From: Polaromonas sp. 39-63-25
Lineage (GTDB): Bacteria; Pseudomonadota; Gammaproteobacteria; Burkholderiales; Burkholderiaceae_C
Assembly (NCBI RefSeq): GCF_002278925.1
Contig: NZ_NCJH01000003.1
Span: 96,042 to 160,041, forward strand
DNA: 64,000 bases
Direction of reading: 5' to 3'
The notes under the pieces were generated by a model. That model made no database searches and was not told the origin of the DNA. It worked only from the letters and a program-made list of their open reading frames with translations. The translations under genes and the position numbers were made by a program. This document shows, one piece after another, positions 26,230 through 37,401 of this stretch (positions are counted from its first letter, which is position 1; each line of letters begins with the position of its first letter).

Positions 26230-27447
26230 TTAATTGGGATTTTCGAAGTGGTCGCCCACTTTTACGCCTTCGCTTACCTCCAGGACCAGCGCATAGGAGA
26301 GCTTTTCAAAAGTGCGGAAGACAATCAACAAGCCGTTGCGTTCGTTGGGCAGCTTGATCTGTGTTCTGGCAGAGTCCGTGCGGTCGGTGATCCGTTCCCC
26401 GCTTCGCAAAATTGCCATGACATGGCCCCGCTCCAGACCGTCCCGGATGCCGCGGTTGATCACAACAACCTGGTTGCCCGCCGCATAACGCACGGCACTG
26501 CCATAAATCGAGACAATCTGGCCCTCAATGGGGAGCTGTGGCGCGCGCGGTACATAACTGAGCAGTTCGCGCGGCGGTTCCGGCACCAGCCGGTCACCGA
26601 CGCGCATTTCTTCCTTCGCGACGAGGATGTCGATGGTGGCCGGGATGATCTCATCGACGAGCTTGCCGTCCTTGCCCTTCACGCTGGCGGTGGACTCGCC
26701 GCGCACCAGCTCGGCCTTGCCAAGAAACTGTGCTTCGTAGCCGAGAATTTCGCCGGTGGTGGGGTCTTTCAGCGGTGTCGCATTGCGGAAGACCCGATAG
26801 TCCAGCGGCTCACCTTTGGCTGTGCTCAGCGGCTTGCCGGTGTCCTTGTTTGAGTAAACGCCGCGTGCGTAGGCGCGGTCGCCTCGGCTGAGCAAGACAC
26901 GGCCTTCCTGGGCGGCCACAATGCGCGGGGCGGTCAAAAACGCGGCTTCATCAACGATCAGGGCTTCCGACAGAAAGGGCTCAATGGCCTGTGGCGACAA
27001 CGTCGGGATGGCTGCGTCGGCCAGCGATTCGTAACGCGTGCGCGGCGATACCCGCACGGTGCCGGGCTGGCCGTCGCCGTCGCCCGCGCGCCGGGCCCGC
27101 AAAGTGGCGCGGCCGCCGGATTTGTCCAGATACAGCTGCTGGCCGGGATAAATCCGGTGCGGATTGCGGATGTCATCCAGATTCATGCCCCACAACTCGG
27201 GCCAGCGCCACGGGGTTTTCAGGAACATGCCCGAGATGGCCCACAAGGTGTCGCCGCGCTTGACGGTGTATTCGTCGGGGGCATTGGGGGCCAGATCGCT
27301 CAGCGGCACGCCGGTTTGGGCCACCTGGCTGGCCGTGGCTTTCTGGCCGGCGGTGATCGGGAAATTCTGTGCGTGCAGACCTGCGGTGGATGCCAGCAGA
27401 GCGGCCGCTATTGAAATCTGACTGAACCGACCAAAAATATGTTGCAT
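26230..27447 (-). CDS. LysM peptidoglycan-binding protein (TsaP-like)
   Basis: Signal peptide, LysM 'YTVKRGDTLWAISGMFLKTPWRWPELW...NPHRIYPGQ'; sits between def and dprA as in conserved synteny. Confidence 0.88.
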   Translation of the reverse strand: MQHIFGRFSQISIAAALLASTAGLHAQNFPITAGQKATASQVAQTGVPLSDLAPNAPDEYTVKRGDTLWAISGMFLKTPWRWPELWGMNLDDIRNPHRIYPGQQLYLDKSGGRATLRARRAGDGDGQPGTVRVSPRTRYESLADAAIPTLSPQAIEPFLSEALIVDEAAFLTAPRIVAAQEGRVLLSRGDRAYARGVYSNKDTGKPLSTAKGEPLDYRVFRNATPLKDPTTGEILGYEAQFLGKAELVRGESTASVKGKDGKLVDEIIPATIDILVAKEEMRVGDRLVPEPPRELLSYVPRAPQLPIEGQIVSIYGSAVRYAAGNQVVVINRGIRDGLERGHVMAILRSGERITDRTDSARTQIKLPNERNGLLIVFRTFEKLSYALVLEVSEGVKVGDHFENPN

Positions 27448-27635
27448 CTTGAGGCCCTTGGGGCTGGCGCGGCCTTGGGCATCAAGGCCGGACGCCGCGT
27501 TTGTATCTTGATAAATCACTAGCGATTTTGTACTTAAGCCCTTGATTAGGCAACGAATATGCCATTTCGCGACAGCGGGGATGCTGAAAAATGGCGAAAA
27601 TTAGCGAAAATAGCGACATCTGATTGCCTGCCACC

Positions 27636-28148
27636 ATGACCCAACTGACCATCCTTCGTTACCCTGACCCGCGTCTGCACACCGTTGCCAAGCCCGTGGC
27701 GGCGGTGGACGCGCGTATCCGCACTTTGGTGGGGGACATGCTGAAAACCATGTATGCCGCCGAGGGGATCGGCCTGGCCGCCAGCCAGGTCAATGTTCAC
27801 GAAAGAGTCGTTGTGATCGACGTCAGCGAGGGCCGCGACCAGCCGCTGGTACTGATCAACCCCGAAATCATCTGGTCCAGCCCGGAGACCCAGGTCAACG
27901 ACGAAGGCTGCCTGTCAGTGCCCGGCGTGTATGACGGGGTGGAGCGCGCCAGCGCCATCAAGGTGCGGGCGCTGGACCTGCAGGGCCAGCTGCAGACCCA
28001 CAGCGCCGAAGGCCTGCTGGCGGTGTGTGTCCAGCACGAGATGGACCACCTGATGGGCAAGGTGTTCGTCGAGTACCTGTCGCCGCTCAAGCGCAACCGC
28101 ATCAAGACCAAGATGATCAAGCAGAAAAAGGACGAGGAACGGGTCTGA
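27636..28148 (+). CDS. def: Peptide deformylase
   Basis: GIGLAA, EGCLS and QHEMDH motifs. Confidence 0.97.
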   Translation: MTQLTILRYPDPRLHTVAKPVAAVDARIRTLVGDMLKTMYAAEGIGLAASQVNVHERVVVIDVSEGRDQPLVLINPEIIWSSPETQVNDEGCLSVPGVYDGVERASAIKVRALDLQGQLQTHSAEGLLAVCVQHEMDHLMGKVFVEYLSPLKRNRIKTKMIKQKKDEERV

Positions 28149-28155
28149 GTACAGT

Positions 28156-28244
28156 CCCCACGCTCGCTCACTGCGTGTAGCTCGCTGCCCCGAGGGGGCG
28201 CTGCGCCTGCGGCCCGGCAAAGCCGGTTCCGCGGCCCCGGCTGG
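28156..28244 (-). repeat. Family A repeat, copy 2 (inverted)
   Basis: CCCCACGCTCGCTCACTGCGTGTAGCTCGCTGCCCCGAGGGGGCGCTGCGCCTGCGGCCCGGCAAAGCCGG, between def and fmt. Confidence 0.92.
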
Positions 28245-28338
28245 TTTGAAGAGAAGTCACGGCGCATCTCCGCCAAGCAGGCCTCTGAAAAATTGGACGG
28301 TCCACTTTTCCAGGCCGGTACTCGGCGAAAATCCTCCG

Positions 28339-29319
28339 ATGCGCATTATTTTTGCCGGTACCCCCGAATTCGCCCGTGTGGCCCTCGCGCAGCTGCATGC
28401 TGCGGGTTTTGAAATTCCCTTGGTCCTGACCCAGCCGGACCGTCCCGCCGGGCGCGGCATGAAGCTGCAGGCGTCCAGCGTCAAGCAGTTCGCCCTCGAC
28501 CACCACATTCCCGTGGCGCAGCCGCGCAGCCTGCGGCTGGACGGCAAATATCCCGAAGACGCTGCCGCAGCACGCGCCGCCATCGAGTCGGCACAGGCCG
28601 ACGCCATGGTGGTGGCGGCCTACGGCCTGATCCTGCCGCAGTGGGTGCTCGACACGCCCCGGCTGGGCTGCTTCAATATCCATGCATCCTTGCTGCCGCG
28701 CTGGCGCGGTGCGGCGCCCATTCACCGCGCCATCGAGGCCGGCGACAGCGAAACCGGCATCACCATCATGCAAATGGACGTCGGGCTGGACACCGGAAAC
28801 ATGCTGCTGGTGGAGAAAATCGCGATTCTGCCGACCGACACCACCGGCAGCCTGCACGACCGGCTGGCGGCCCTGGGTGGCCGGCTGATGGTCGAGGCGC
28901 TGGAGCTGGCGGCCTGCGGCGGGCTGACCCCCGTGCGCCAGCCTGAGCAGGGAATCAGCTACGCCCACAAGATTGAAAAACACGAGGCCACCATCGACTG
29001 GACGCAAAGTGCGGCGGTGATCGCACGGCGTATCCGCGCCTTCAATCCCTTCCCGGCCGCAGCCAGTCCGGTGGCCGGTGAAATCCTCAAGATCTGGGAG
29101 GCGGCCGTGTGGCCGGGGCCCGTGCCGGCCGGCGCCCGGCCGGGCGAAGTGCTGGCCGTCAGCGAGCAGGGGGTGGATGTCGCCGCGGCAGACGGCGTAC
29201 TGCGCCTGACGCGCCTGCAGAAGGCGGGCGGCAAGGCGCTGGAAGCCGCGCAGTTCCTGCGTGGCTTCGCGCTGGCGCCTGGCATGGTGTTTGGTGCAGA
29301 CCCGGAGGCCGCACCATGA
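28339..29319 (+). CDS. fmt: Methionyl-tRNA formyltransferase
   Basis: '[12 protein letters not shown]', '[16 protein letters not shown]'. Confidence 0.97.
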   Translation: MRIIFAGTPEFARVALAQLHAAGFEIPLVLTQPDRPAGRGMKLQASSVKQFALDHHIPVAQPRSLRLDGKYPEDAAAARAAIESAQADAMVVAAYGLILPQWVLDTPRLGCFNIHASLLPRWRGAAPIHRAIEAGDSETGITIMQMDVGLDTGNMLLVEKIAILPTDTTGSLHDRLAALGGRLMVEALELAACGGLTPVRQPEQGISYAHKIEKHEATIDWTQSAAVIARRIRAFNPFPAAASPVAGEILKIWEAAVWPGPVPAGARPGEVLAVSEQGVDVAAADGVLRLTRLQKAGGKALEAAQFLRGFALAPGMVFGADPEAAP

Positions 29320-30074
29320 ATACCCCCAAAGAGCCGCTGTGGCGCCACCCCGAGTTCCGCCAGGGCGTGCGCGACATGGCGCCCATTGCTGCCGGCACCG
29401 CCGCCTGGGGCCTGATGACCGGCGTGGCCATGGTCAAGTCGGGGCTCAGTGTGTTCGAGTGCGTGCTGATGACGGTAGTCGTGTTTGCCGGCAGTTCGCA
29501 GCTGGCGGCGGTGCCGCTGATTGTGGCCGGCGCGCCCATGTGGGTGATTCTGGCGACCGCTGCCTGCGTGAACCTGCGCTTTGTCGTGTTCAGCGCCCAC
29601 CTGCGCCCGTACATGATGCACCAGCCGCTGTGGCGCCGCATGGCCGGCGGGTACTTCACGACCGACCTCAGTTATGTGATGTTCACCGCCCGACATCCGA
29701 AGCCGGTGCCGCCCGATGATCTGCCGACCCTGCGCGCGCAGGAGGCCAGCCTGGCGGGCAACTGCGCCGTCACCTGGGTCGCCTGGGTGGTGCCCAGCCT
29801 GCTCGGCATCGCCATGGCCAACGCCGTGCCGCTGCACTGGGGCTTGGGGTTTGCGGGCATCCTGGCCTTGCTGGGCATCACGCTGTCACTGGCAAGCAGC
29901 CGGCTGCGCCTGATCTCGGCCGGTGTGGCCGGCGCCGCAGCGGTGGCGGCCTTTGCCCTGCCGCTCAAGCTCAACATCCTGGTCGGCATCGCAGCGGCCG
30001 TGGCGGTCTGCCTGATGCTCGAAAAGCCCGCCAGGCCAGACGCAGGCCGTCCCAAAGCCGGGGAGGCCGCATGA
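29316..30074 (+). CDS. AzlC-family branched-chain amino acid exporter permease
   Basis: '[14 protein letters not shown]', 'VNLRFVVFS'; hydrophobic; precedes AzlD. Confidence 0.88.
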   Translation: MNTPKEPLWRHPEFRQGVRDMAPIAAGTAAWGLMTGVAMVKSGLSVFECVLMTVVVFAGSSQLAAVPLIVAGAPMWVILATAACVNLRFVVFSAHLRPYMMHQPLWRRMAGGYFTTDLSYVMFTARHPKPVPPDDLPTLRAQEASLAGNCAVTWVAWVVPSLLGIAMANAVPLHWGLGFAGILALLGITLSLASSRLRLISAGVAGAAAVAAFALPLKLNILVGIAAAVAVCLMLEKPARPDAGRPKAGEAA

Positions 30075-30406
30075 TGCAGACCGATGGCTGGACTGTGGTG
30101 ACCATCCTGGGCCTGGCGGTGGTCACCGTGATCACGCGCTCTTTCTTTTTCCTGTCGAGCAAACCCTGGACATTGCCGGATTGGGCCCAGCGCGGGCTGC
30201 ACTATGCGCCGATTGCTGCGCTGGCGGCGGTGATCGTGCCCGAGATCGTGATGACGCAGGGATCTTTGATCAGCACCTGGCGGGACGCGCGCGTGTTTGC
30301 CGCGCTGGCGGGCGCTGCCTGGTTTTTCTGGCGCCGCACCGTGCTCGGCACCATCGTGGCCGGCATGGCGGTGTACCTGCCGCTGCATGTCTACCTCGGC
30401 TGGTAG
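30071..30406 (+). CDS. AzlD-family protein
   Basis: Small hydrophobic protein, 'LHYAPIAALAAVIVP'; ATGA-coupled to AzlC. Confidence 0.85.
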   Translation: MMQTDGWTVVTILGLAVVTVITRSFFFLSSKPWTLPDWAQRGLHYAPIAALAAVIVPEIVMTQGSLISTWRDARVFAALAGAAWFFWRRTVLGTIVAGMAVYLPLHVYLGW

Positions 30407-30475
30407 GCTTCACCGGACCCGCTCCTACAATCACTGGCACACCGATTTTTACCTTCTGTTTCCTTGCGAGCCCCC

Positions 30476-31669
30476 ATGAAATTCATCCGTTTCTCCGATC
30501 TGTGCGCCCAAGGCCTTGTCAAGGGCCGGCGTGTCTTCATTCGTGCCGACCTCAATGTGCCGCAGGACGATAGCGGCCACATCACCGAGGACACCCGCAT
30601 CCGCGCCTCGATTCCCTGCATCCAGATGGCCCTCGACGCCGGCGCCGCGGTGATGGTGACCTCGCACCTGGGCCGGCCCACCGAAGGGCAGTTCAAACCC
30701 GAAGACTCCCTCGCGCCGGTGGCGCAGCGCCTGGGCGAACTGATGCAGCGTGAGGTGCCGCTGAAGTCCGGCTGGGTCGACGGCGTGGACGTCGCGCCTG
30801 GTGAACTCGTGCTGCTGGAGAACTGCCGCGTCAACCCCGGCGAAAAAAAGAACGACGAGGCGCTGGCGCGCAAGATGGCGGCGCTCTGCGATATTTTTGT
30901 GCACGATGCTTTCGGCACGGCGCACCGCGCCGAAGCCTCGACCTACGGCATCGCGCAGTTTGCCAAAACGGCCTGCGCCGGCCCGCTGCTGGCGGCCGAA
31001 ATGGATGCGATTTCCAAGGCCCTGGCGAATCCGAAGCGCCCGCTGGTCGCCATCGTGGCCGGCAGCAAGGTATCGACCAAGCTGACCATTCTCCAGGCAC
31101 TGGCCGGGAAGGTGGACCAGCTGATTGTGGGCGGCGGCATTGCCAACACCTTCATGCTGGCCAACGGCCTGCCCATCGGTAAAAGCCTGGCGGAACGCGA
31201 ACTGCTCGACGAGGCCCGGGCGGTGATGGCGGCCATGAAGGCGCGCGGCGCCGAGGTGCCTGTTCCGACCGACGTGGTGACCGCCAAGACCTTCAGCGCC
31301 GATGCGCCCGCCACCGTCAAGGCAGCCACCGAGGTGGCGGACGACGACCTGATCCTGGACATCGGCCCACAAACCGCGAAAAAGCTGGCCGATCAGCTGA
31401 TGGCCGCCGGCACCATTGTCTGGAACGGCCCGGTGGGCGTGTTCGAGTTTGCCGCCTTTGAGGGCGGCACGAAAGCCATTGCGCAGGCGATTGCCGCCAG
31501 TCCCGCTTTCAGCATTGCCGGCGGCGGCGATACGCTGGCCGCCATTGCCAAATACGGGATTGAAAAAGACGTGGGCTACATCTCCACCGGCGGCGGCGCC
31601 TTCCTCGAAGTGCTGGAAGGCAAGACCCTGCCGGCGTTCGAGATCCTGCAGAAGCGTGCAGCGGGCTGA
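30476..31669 (+). CDS. pgk: Phosphoglycerate kinase
   Basis: 'RADLNVP', 'SHLGRP', 'DAFGTAHR', 'WNGPVGVFE', 'GGGDT', 'ISTGGGA'. Confidence 0.98.
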   Translation: MKFIRFSDLCAQGLVKGRRVFIRADLNVPQDDSGHITEDTRIRASIPCIQMALDAGAAVMVTSHLGRPTEGQFKPEDSLAPVAQRLGELMQREVPLKSGWVDGVDVAPGELVLLENCRVNPGEKKNDEALARKMAALCDIFVHDAFGTAHRAEASTYGIAQFAKTACAGPLLAAEMDAISKALANPKRPLVAIVAGSKVSTKLTILQALAGKVDQLIVGGGIANTFMLANGLPIGKSLAERELLDEARAVMAAMKARGAEVPVPTDVVTAKTFSADAPATVKAATEVADDDLILDIGPQTAKKLADQLMAAGTIVWNGPVGVFEFAAFEGGTKAIAQAIAASPAFSIAGGGDTLAAIAKYGIEKDVGYISTGGGAFLEVLEGKTLPAFEILQKRAAG

Positions 31670-31684
31670 GCCGGAGCGACATTT

Positions 31685-31746
31685 GCTATTAAAAATATAG
31701 CTCTCTGCGCAATCAGGGCAAGGGGTGGAGGCCGTTTTTGCTTGAA
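31685..31746 (+). repeat. Family B repeat (intergenic copy)
   Basis: GCTATTAAAAATATAGC-tctct-GCGC-N11-GGGGTGGAGGCCGTTTTT. Confidence 0.85.
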
Positions 31747-31784
31747 TTTTTTCGGATCCACGGATAGCTGCCGGGAGTTTGCAG

Positions 31785-32666
31785 ATGACGGATTTTCACG
31801 GTGTTTTTCCTTATCTGGTGTCGCCCATTGACGCCGACGGAGAGGTCAGCGCGCAGGTCCTGACGCGCCTTTGCCAGGACCTGATGGCGGCCGGTGTGCA
31901 TGGCCTGACGCCTCTGGGGTCGACCGGCGAATTTGCCTACCTCAACCCGGCGCAGCGGCGCCGGGTGGTGGAGGTGGTGGTGCAGGCCGCCGGCCGCCGG
32001 GTTCCGGTGGTGGCCGGTGTGGCGGCCACCACCATCGTCGACGCCGTCGGTCAGGCCCGGGAGTACGAACGTATGGGCTGCGACGGCATCCTGGCGGTGC
32101 TGGAAGCGTATTTCCCTGTGGACGACGAAGGTGTCTACCAGTACTTCAAGGCAATTGCCGATGCCGTGTCGCTGCCAGTGGTGATCTACACCAATCCGAA
32201 TTTCCAGCGCTCCGACCTCAAGCTGCCGGTCATCGAGCGGCTCAGCCACATTCCCAACATCCGTTATATCAAGGACGCTTCCTTCAACACCGGGCGCCTG
32301 CTGTCGATCATGAATGTGGTCGAGGGCCGAATGGAGGTTTTCGCCGCGTCGTCGCACGTGCCTGCGACCGTCATGCTGATGGGCGGCGCGGGCTGGATGG
32401 CCGGGCCTGCCTGCCTGGTTCCCCGGCAGAGCATCGCGCTGTACGAGCTGTGTCGGGCCGGCCGCTGGAGCGAGGCCATGGCCTTGCAGCGCAGGCTCTG
32501 GAGCATCAACCAGGTGTTTGCCACCTTCAACCTGGCGGCCTGCATCAAGGCCGGCCTTGTGCTGCAGGGGTATGAGGTCGGCCATCCCTTGGCCCCGCAA
32601 GCACCGTTGTCGCCGGAGGGTGTGGAAACCGTGCGTCGGGTCCTGCACGAACTGGGCGCGCTGTAG
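31785..32666 (+). CDS. DapA/NanA-superfamily class I aldolase (orphan)
   Basis: 'GSTGEF', Tyr in 'VVIYTNP', Schiff-base Lys in 'YIKDAS'. Confidence 0.88.
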   Translation: MTDFHGVFPYLVSPIDADGEVSAQVLTRLCQDLMAAGVHGLTPLGSTGEFAYLNPAQRRRVVEVVVQAAGRRVPVVAGVAATTIVDAVGQAREYERMGCDGILAVLEAYFPVDDEGVYQYFKAIADAVSLPVVIYTNPNFQRSDLKLPVIERLSHIPNIRYIKDASFNTGRLLSIMNVVEGRMEVFAASSHVPATVMLMGGAGWMAGPACLVPRQSIALYELCRAGRWSEAMALQRRLWSINQVFATFNLAACIKAGLVLQGYEVGHPLAPQAPLSPEGVETVRRVLHELGAL

Positions 32667-32742
32667 CCAGTGCAGTGCGCCGGTGTACCCGGCCTGTAAC
32701 CGGTTCCGTGTGAGAATCGTCTACAAATTACAGGAGACACTC

Positions 32743-34176
32743 ATGCCACGCCGCGCCACCAAAATTGTTGCCACCCTGGGCCCCGCCTCGAGCGATCCGG
32801 CGCTGCTTGAAAAAATGATACGTGCGGGCGTCAACGTGGTGCGCCTCAATTTCAGCCACGGCACGGCGCAGGACCACATCGACCGGGCCGGGCTGGTGCG
32901 CGAGGCGGCCCAGCGCGCCGGCCGTGAGGTGGCCATCATGGCCGATCTGCAGGGGCCGAAAATCCGCGTCGGCAAATTTGCCGAGGGCAAGGTCACACTG
33001 GTGCCCGGCGCCAAGTTCGTGCTCGATGCCTCGCGCACCGAGCCGGGCGACATCAAGGGTGTGGGTCTGGACTACAAGGAGCTGCCGCGCGACGTGAAAG
33101 CCGGCGACCTGCTGCTGCTCAACGACGGCCTGATTGTGCTGACCATCGACGCGGTGCGCGGCGAGGAGGTCCACACCACCGTCAAGCTGGGCGGCGAACT
33201 CTCCAACAACAAGGGCATCAACAAAAAGGGTGGCGGCCTGACCGCGCCCGCGTTGACCGCCAAGGACATGGAAGACATCCGGACCGCCATGAGTTTCCAG
33301 GCGGACTATGTCGCGGTGAGTTTTCCGAAAAACGCCACCGACATGGAAATGGCGCGCCAGCTGTGCAATGTGGCCGCCGCGCCCTACAAACACAAGCCCG
33401 GCCTGATTGCCAAGATCGAACGCGCCGAAGCCATTCCCAACCTGGAAGACATCCTGCGGGTCAGCGACGGCATCATGGTCGCGCGTGGCGACCTCGCGGT
33501 GGAAGTCGGCAACGCCGCCGTGCCGGCGCTGCAAAAACGCATGATCAAGATGGCCCGCGCCATGGACAAGGTGGTCATCACCGCCACGCAGATGATGGAA
33601 AGCATGATCCTCAACCCGGTGCCCACGCGCGCCGAGGTCAGCGACGTGGCCAATGCCGTGCTCGACGGGACCGACGCCGTGATGCTGAGCGCAGAAACGG
33701 CCGCAGGCAATTACCCGCTCGAGACCATCGAGGAAATGGCCAATATCTGCCTGGAAGCGGAAAAAGCCGAATACACGGCGCTGGACGCCGACTTCAGCGG
33801 CAAGACCTTCACGCGCATCGACCAGTCGATCGCCATGGGGGCGCTGTTCACGGCCCACCACCTGGGCGCCAAGGCCATCGTGGCGCTGACCGACAGCGGT
33901 TCCACGCCGCTGTGGATGAGTCGCCACGACATCCGCGTGCCGATCTACGCACTCACTCCGCGCCTGGCGACGCAGCGCAAGATGGCGCTGTACCGCAATG
34001 TGCGCCCGCTGTTGATGGACACCAGCGCCGACCGCGACACCGCGCTGGAACAGGCGGAAGGGCACCTGCTGCGCCGCAACATCGTGCAAAGCGGCGACGT
34101 GTATGCCATCACCTGCGGCGAACCCATGGGTGCCCCTGGCGGCACCAACATGCTCAAGATCTGCCGGGTGGCCTGA
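32743..34176 (+). CDS. pyk: Pyruvate kinase
   Basis: 'TKIVATLGPAS', 'RLNFSHG', 'DLQGPKIR', 'IAKIER', 'MVARGDL', 'ATQMMESM'. Confidence 0.98.
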   Translation: MPRRATKIVATLGPASSDPALLEKMIRAGVNVVRLNFSHGTAQDHIDRAGLVREAAQRAGREVAIMADLQGPKIRVGKFAEGKVTLVPGAKFVLDASRTEPGDIKGVGLDYKELPRDVKAGDLLLLNDGLIVLTIDAVRGEEVHTTVKLGGELSNNKGINKKGGGLTAPALTAKDMEDIRTAMSFQADYVAVSFPKNATDMEMARQLCNVAAAPYKHKPGLIAKIERAEAIPNLEDILRVSDGIMVARGDLAVEVGNAAVPALQKRMIKMARAMDKVVITATQMMESMILNPVPTRAEVSDVANAVLDGTDAVMLSAETAAGNYPLETIEEMANICLEAEKAEYTALDADFSGKTFTRIDQSIAMGALFTAHHLGAKAIVALTDSGSTPLWMSRHDIRVPIYALTPRLATQRKMALYRNVRPLLMDTSADRDTALEQAEGHLLRRNIVQSGDVYAITCGEPMGAPGGTNMLKICRVA

Positions 34177-34235
34177 GCCAAACCTGTAAACCTGCCGGGC
34201 TGCGTCGCCCCGATGGCCGACGCCGGCCCCGGTCC

Positions 34236-34967
34236 TCAGTGACCAGGAACCTCTGCCTGAGGGCGTGCCGGCCTTTGTGACGTCTGGCGGGTGACCCAGG
34301 TGACGCCGAGGTCCAGGCCGGCGGCGGTGGTCCAGCAGAACCAGGCGGTCCAGAAGGTGTGACTCATGTAGTGGGCGCCGCGCACCTGTTGCGCCAGCCC
34401 CAGCAGCAGGCCGGCCAGCATGGAACCCAGCAACCAGCGGCGAGCCGTGGTCGGCAGGACATGCCGGAAGGCAAAAAAGCCGCCGACAAATGCAAAACCC
34501 GCCGAGGCATGACCGGCCGGAAAGCAGCCACCGTCCCCGCCGTCCCGCACGCCCCAGGCCCAGTGCGAGACATGGCTGGCCACACCGCCGAATTCCTGCA
34601 GGCTCCAGGGGCAACTGCTGTGGCTGTGCAGCTTGATGTCGGAAACCACCAGCAGCGCCGCCAGCGTGGTCAAGGCCAGCTGGACGCGGCGCGACACTGG
34701 CAAGCGCCGCAGGGTGCCGACAGGCCGGGCGATGCCAATCAGCAGTGCCCCTTCGAGCAACCAGGGCAGCGGTCGCATGTCGTCATGCAGCACGCCGCGC
34801 CAGAACCAGTGGTTTTCGAGGGCAAAGCCGCTGGCGGACCCGAACCAGCGCGCCAGGGTCAGGTCCAGTCCGGAAGCGTCCCAGGCCAGCAACAGAAGAA
34901 GGCTGGCCAGTGACCAGAAAAATAGACGCGACGGGCTGGAAATGGCTGGACTGCGGAAGGCGTGCAT
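34236..34967 (-). CDS. PAP2-family membrane phosphatase
   Basis: 'CPWSLQEFGG', 'FPAGHASAG', 'QQVRGAHYMSH' PAP2 motifs; multiple TM segments. Confidence 0.88.
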   Translation of the reverse strand: MHAFRSPAISSPSRLFFWSLASLLLLLAWDASGLDLTLARWFGSASGFALENHWFWRGVLHDDMRPLPWLLEGALLIGIARPVGTLRRLPVSRRVQLALTTLAALLVVSDIKLHSHSSCPWSLQEFGGVASHVSHWAWGVRDGGDGGCFPAGHASAGFAFVGGFFAFRHVLPTTARRWLLGSMLAGLLLGLAQQVRGAHYMSHTFWTAWFCWTTAAGLDLGVTWVTRQTSQRPARPQAEVPGH

Positions 34968-35014
34968 GGGGAGCGTGTTGGGCGCAAGGAAGGCTGGACG
35001 ATAGCCCTGTACGC

Positions 35015-35031
35015 CTTAAATCAGGCTTAAT
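35015..35031 (-). promoter_or_regulatory. PmrA/BasR/QseB-type direct-repeat box (ATTAAG-N5-TTTAAG) with downstream -10 TATCGT
   Basis: Matches YTTAAK-N5-YTTAAK with one mismatch; 11 bp from a -10-like hexamer facing the PAP2 gene. Confidence 0.6.
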
Positions 35032-35227
35032 GTCGGCGTCTGGCAAAGGTGCGCAACGGTCCGGGGCGGGCTTGTCCTACACCTTTGCCCCTTCAAGGCT
35101 GACGCAGGAAGGCTGTCCAGAGGCGGCCCGAGGGCTCCGTGGGTCGGCGCGGCGGGTAAAATGAAAGAAGTTACCGGTCAGTTACCGAATCCACCGAATC
35201 CGTTCAACCTTCCTGGGGATATCTCTT

Positions 35228-36292
35228 ATGGCACTCGTTTCCATGCGCGAGCTGCTGGACCATGCGGCAGTCAATACCTACGGCATTCCAGCTTTCAACG
35301 TCAACAACCTGGAGCAGGTCCAGGCCGTGATGGCCGCCGCCGACGAGGTGGGGGCGCCCGTCATTCTGCAGGCCAGCGCAGGCGCGCGCAAATACGCCGG
35401 CGAAGCCTTCATCAAGCACCTGATCCTGGCGGCCGTCGAGGCCTACCCGCACATTCCCCTGGTCATGCACCAGGACCATGGTCAGAGCCCGGCCGTCTGC
35501 CAGGGTGCGATTGACCTGGGCTTCAGCTCGGTGATGATGGATGGCAGCCTGGAGGCCGACGGCAAGACCATCGCCAGCTTCGACTACAACGTCGAGGTCA
35601 CCCGCAAGGTGGTGGACATGGCCCACGCCACCGGCGTGTCGGTGGAGGGCGAACTGGGCTGCCTGGGCAGCCTGGAAACCATGCAGGGCGACAAGGAAGA
35701 CGGCCATGGCACCGACGCCGTCATGACCCACGACCAGCTGCTGACCGACCCCGAGCAGGCCGCCGACTTCGTCAAGCGCACCCAGCTCGACGCCCTGGCG
35801 ATCGCCATCGGCACGAGCCACGGCGCCTACAAGTTCTCGCGCAAGCCCACGGGCGACATTCTGGCGATCGAACGTGTCAAGGAAATCAACCGCCGCATCC
35901 CCAACACCCACCTCGTCATGCACGGCTCCTCCAGCGTGCCACAGGACCTGCTGGCCATCATCAACCAGTATGGCGGCAAGATGAAGGAAACCTACGGCGT
36001 GCCGGTCGAGGAGATCCAGAAGGCCATCAAATTCGGTGTGCGCAAGATCAATATCGACACCGACATCCGCCTGGCCATGACCGGAGCGGTGCGCAAGTTC
36101 CTGGCCGAGAACCCCGACAAGTTTGATGCCAGAGAATGGCTCAAACCTGCGCGCGAGGCCGCCAAGGCCATCTGCAAGCAGCGCTACATCGAGTTCGGCT
36201 GCGAAGGCCAGGCCGGCAAGATCAAGGGTGAAGCACTGAGTGTTGTCGCCGCCAAATACGCCAGGGGCGATTTGGCCCAGGTGGTGCGTTAA
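35228..36292 (+). CDS. fba: Class II fructose-bisphosphate aldolase
   Basis: 'MHQDHG', 'SSVMMDGS', 'GTSHGAYKF', 'VMHGSS', 'KINIDTD'. Confidence 0.97.
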   Translation: MALVSMRELLDHAAVNTYGIPAFNVNNLEQVQAVMAAADEVGAPVILQASAGARKYAGEAFIKHLILAAVEAYPHIPLVMHQDHGQSPAVCQGAIDLGFSSVMMDGSLEADGKTIASFDYNVEVTRKVVDMAHATGVSVEGELGCLGSLETMQGDKEDGHGTDAVMTHDQLLTDPEQAADFVKRTQLDALAIAIGTSHGAYKFSRKPTGDILAIERVKEINRRIPNTHLVMHGSSSVPQDLLAIINQYGGKMKETYGVPVEEIQKAIKFGVRKINIDTDIRLAMTGAVRKFLAENPDKFDAREWLKPAREAAKAICKQRYIEFGCEGQAGKIKGEALSVVAAKYARGDLAQVVR

Positions 36293-36330
36293 CCCGGAAA
36301 ATCCTCGCCGTGTCGAACGGGCGATAATTC

Positions 36331-36360
36331 AAAGCTCGCCGCTACCGGCGGGCTTTTTTA
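36331..36360 (+). terminator. Intrinsic terminator after fba
   Basis: AAAGCTCGCCG-CTAC-CGGCGGGCTTT followed by a T-run. Confidence 0.75.
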
Positions 36361-36377
36361 CTTTTGGCAAGCATCCC

Positions 36378-37286
36378 ATGACCTCCGCTCTCCACACCTC
36401 GGCCCTGACCTCCCTGCCCCTGCTCGCGCGCGGCAAGGTTCGCGACAACTACGCTGTCGGCAAAGACCGGCTGCTGATGGTCGCCAGCGACCGGCTCAGC
36501 GCCTTCGACGTCATCATGGGCGAGCCGATTCCGGGCAAAGGCGTGTTGCTCACGCAGATGGCGCTGTTCTGGTTCGACAAGCTGGACCATATCTGTCCGA
36601 ACCACCTGACCGGCGAAGCGCCCGAAAGCGTGGTGACAGCCGCCGAAGTGCCGCAGGTCACCGGCCGTTCCATGCTGGTCAAGCGTTTGAAGCCGATTCC
36701 GGTCGAGGCCGTGGTGCGCGGCTACCTGGCCGGCAGCGGCTGGAAGGAATACCAGGACAGCCAGTCGGTTTGCGGTGTGCCGCTGCCAGCCGGCCTGAAA
36801 AACGCCAGCAAGCTGCCCGAGCCGATTTTCACGCCGGCGGCCAAGGCGGCGGTGGGCGAGCATGACGAAAACATCAGCTACGAGCAGGTGGTCCAGGTCG
36901 TCGGCCCCGAACTGGCCGCGCAGATCCGCGACCTCAGCCTGCGCATCTACAAGGAGGCGGCGGCCTTTGCCCTGACCAAAGGCATCATCATTGCCGACAC
37001 CAAGTTCGAGTTCGGCCTCGACGAAAACGGCACACTGACCTTGATGGACGAGGTGCTGACGCCCGACTCCTCGCGCTACTGGCCTATCGAAGGTTACGAG
37101 CAGGCCTTCGCCACGGGCACCAACCCGCCCAGCTACGACAAGCAGTTTGTGCGCGACTGGCTGGAACAGGCCCTGGTCAACGGCAAGCCTTGGGACAAGA
37201 CGCCGCCAGCACCGCGCGTGCCGCAGGACGTGGTCGAGAAAACCGCGGCCAAGTACCAGGAAGCGCTGACCCGGCTGACGGCCTGA
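36378..37286 (+). CDS. purC: SAICAR synthetase
   Basis: 'RGKVRD', 'ASDRLSAFD', '[12 protein letters not shown]', 'ADTKFEFG', '[10 protein letters not shown]'. Confidence 0.97.
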   Translation: MTSALHTSALTSLPLLARGKVRDNYAVGKDRLLMVASDRLSAFDVIMGEPIPGKGVLLTQMALFWFDKLDHICPNHLTGEAPESVVTAAEVPQVTGRSMLVKRLKPIPVEAVVRGYLAGSGWKEYQDSQSVCGVPLPAGLKNASKLPEPIFTPAAKAAVGEHDENISYEQVVQVVGPELAAQIRDLSLRIYKEAAAFALTKGIIIADTKFEFGLDENGTLTLMDEVLTPDSSRYWPIEGYEQAFATGTNPPSYDKQFVRDWLEQALVNGKPWDKTPPAPRVPQDVVEKTAAKYQEALTRLTA

Positions 37287-37313
37287 CCGGCGCCTTGGTT
37301 TAAAATAGCTTCA

Positions 37314-37401
37314 ACTCAAGGAGCGTTGCAGCGAAACCCGGTTTCGTCAGGCTTGGGTGACAGCAGGACCCCCACGGCCTGCCTTTGCAACGGCGCTCAC
37401 C
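37314..37401 (+). ncRNA. S-adenosylhomocysteine (SAH) riboswitch
   Basis: P1 ACTCAAG/CTTGGGT, conserved GAGGAGCG-like 'AAGGAGCGTTGC', hairpin, 'CAGGCTTGG', and 3' pseudoknot strand 'CAACGGCGCTC'; directly upstream of metH. Confidence 0.9.

Noticed and set aside
27590-27616. GCGAAAAT direct repeats upstream of def
   Set aside because: Short and imperfect, within a divergent AT-rich promoter; insufficient evidence for a specific site.
35228-36292. fba of the CbbA-like subtype as evidence for a Calvin cycle
   Set aside because: This subtype is the normal glycolytic aldolase in betaproteobacteria; no rbcL or prk is present.
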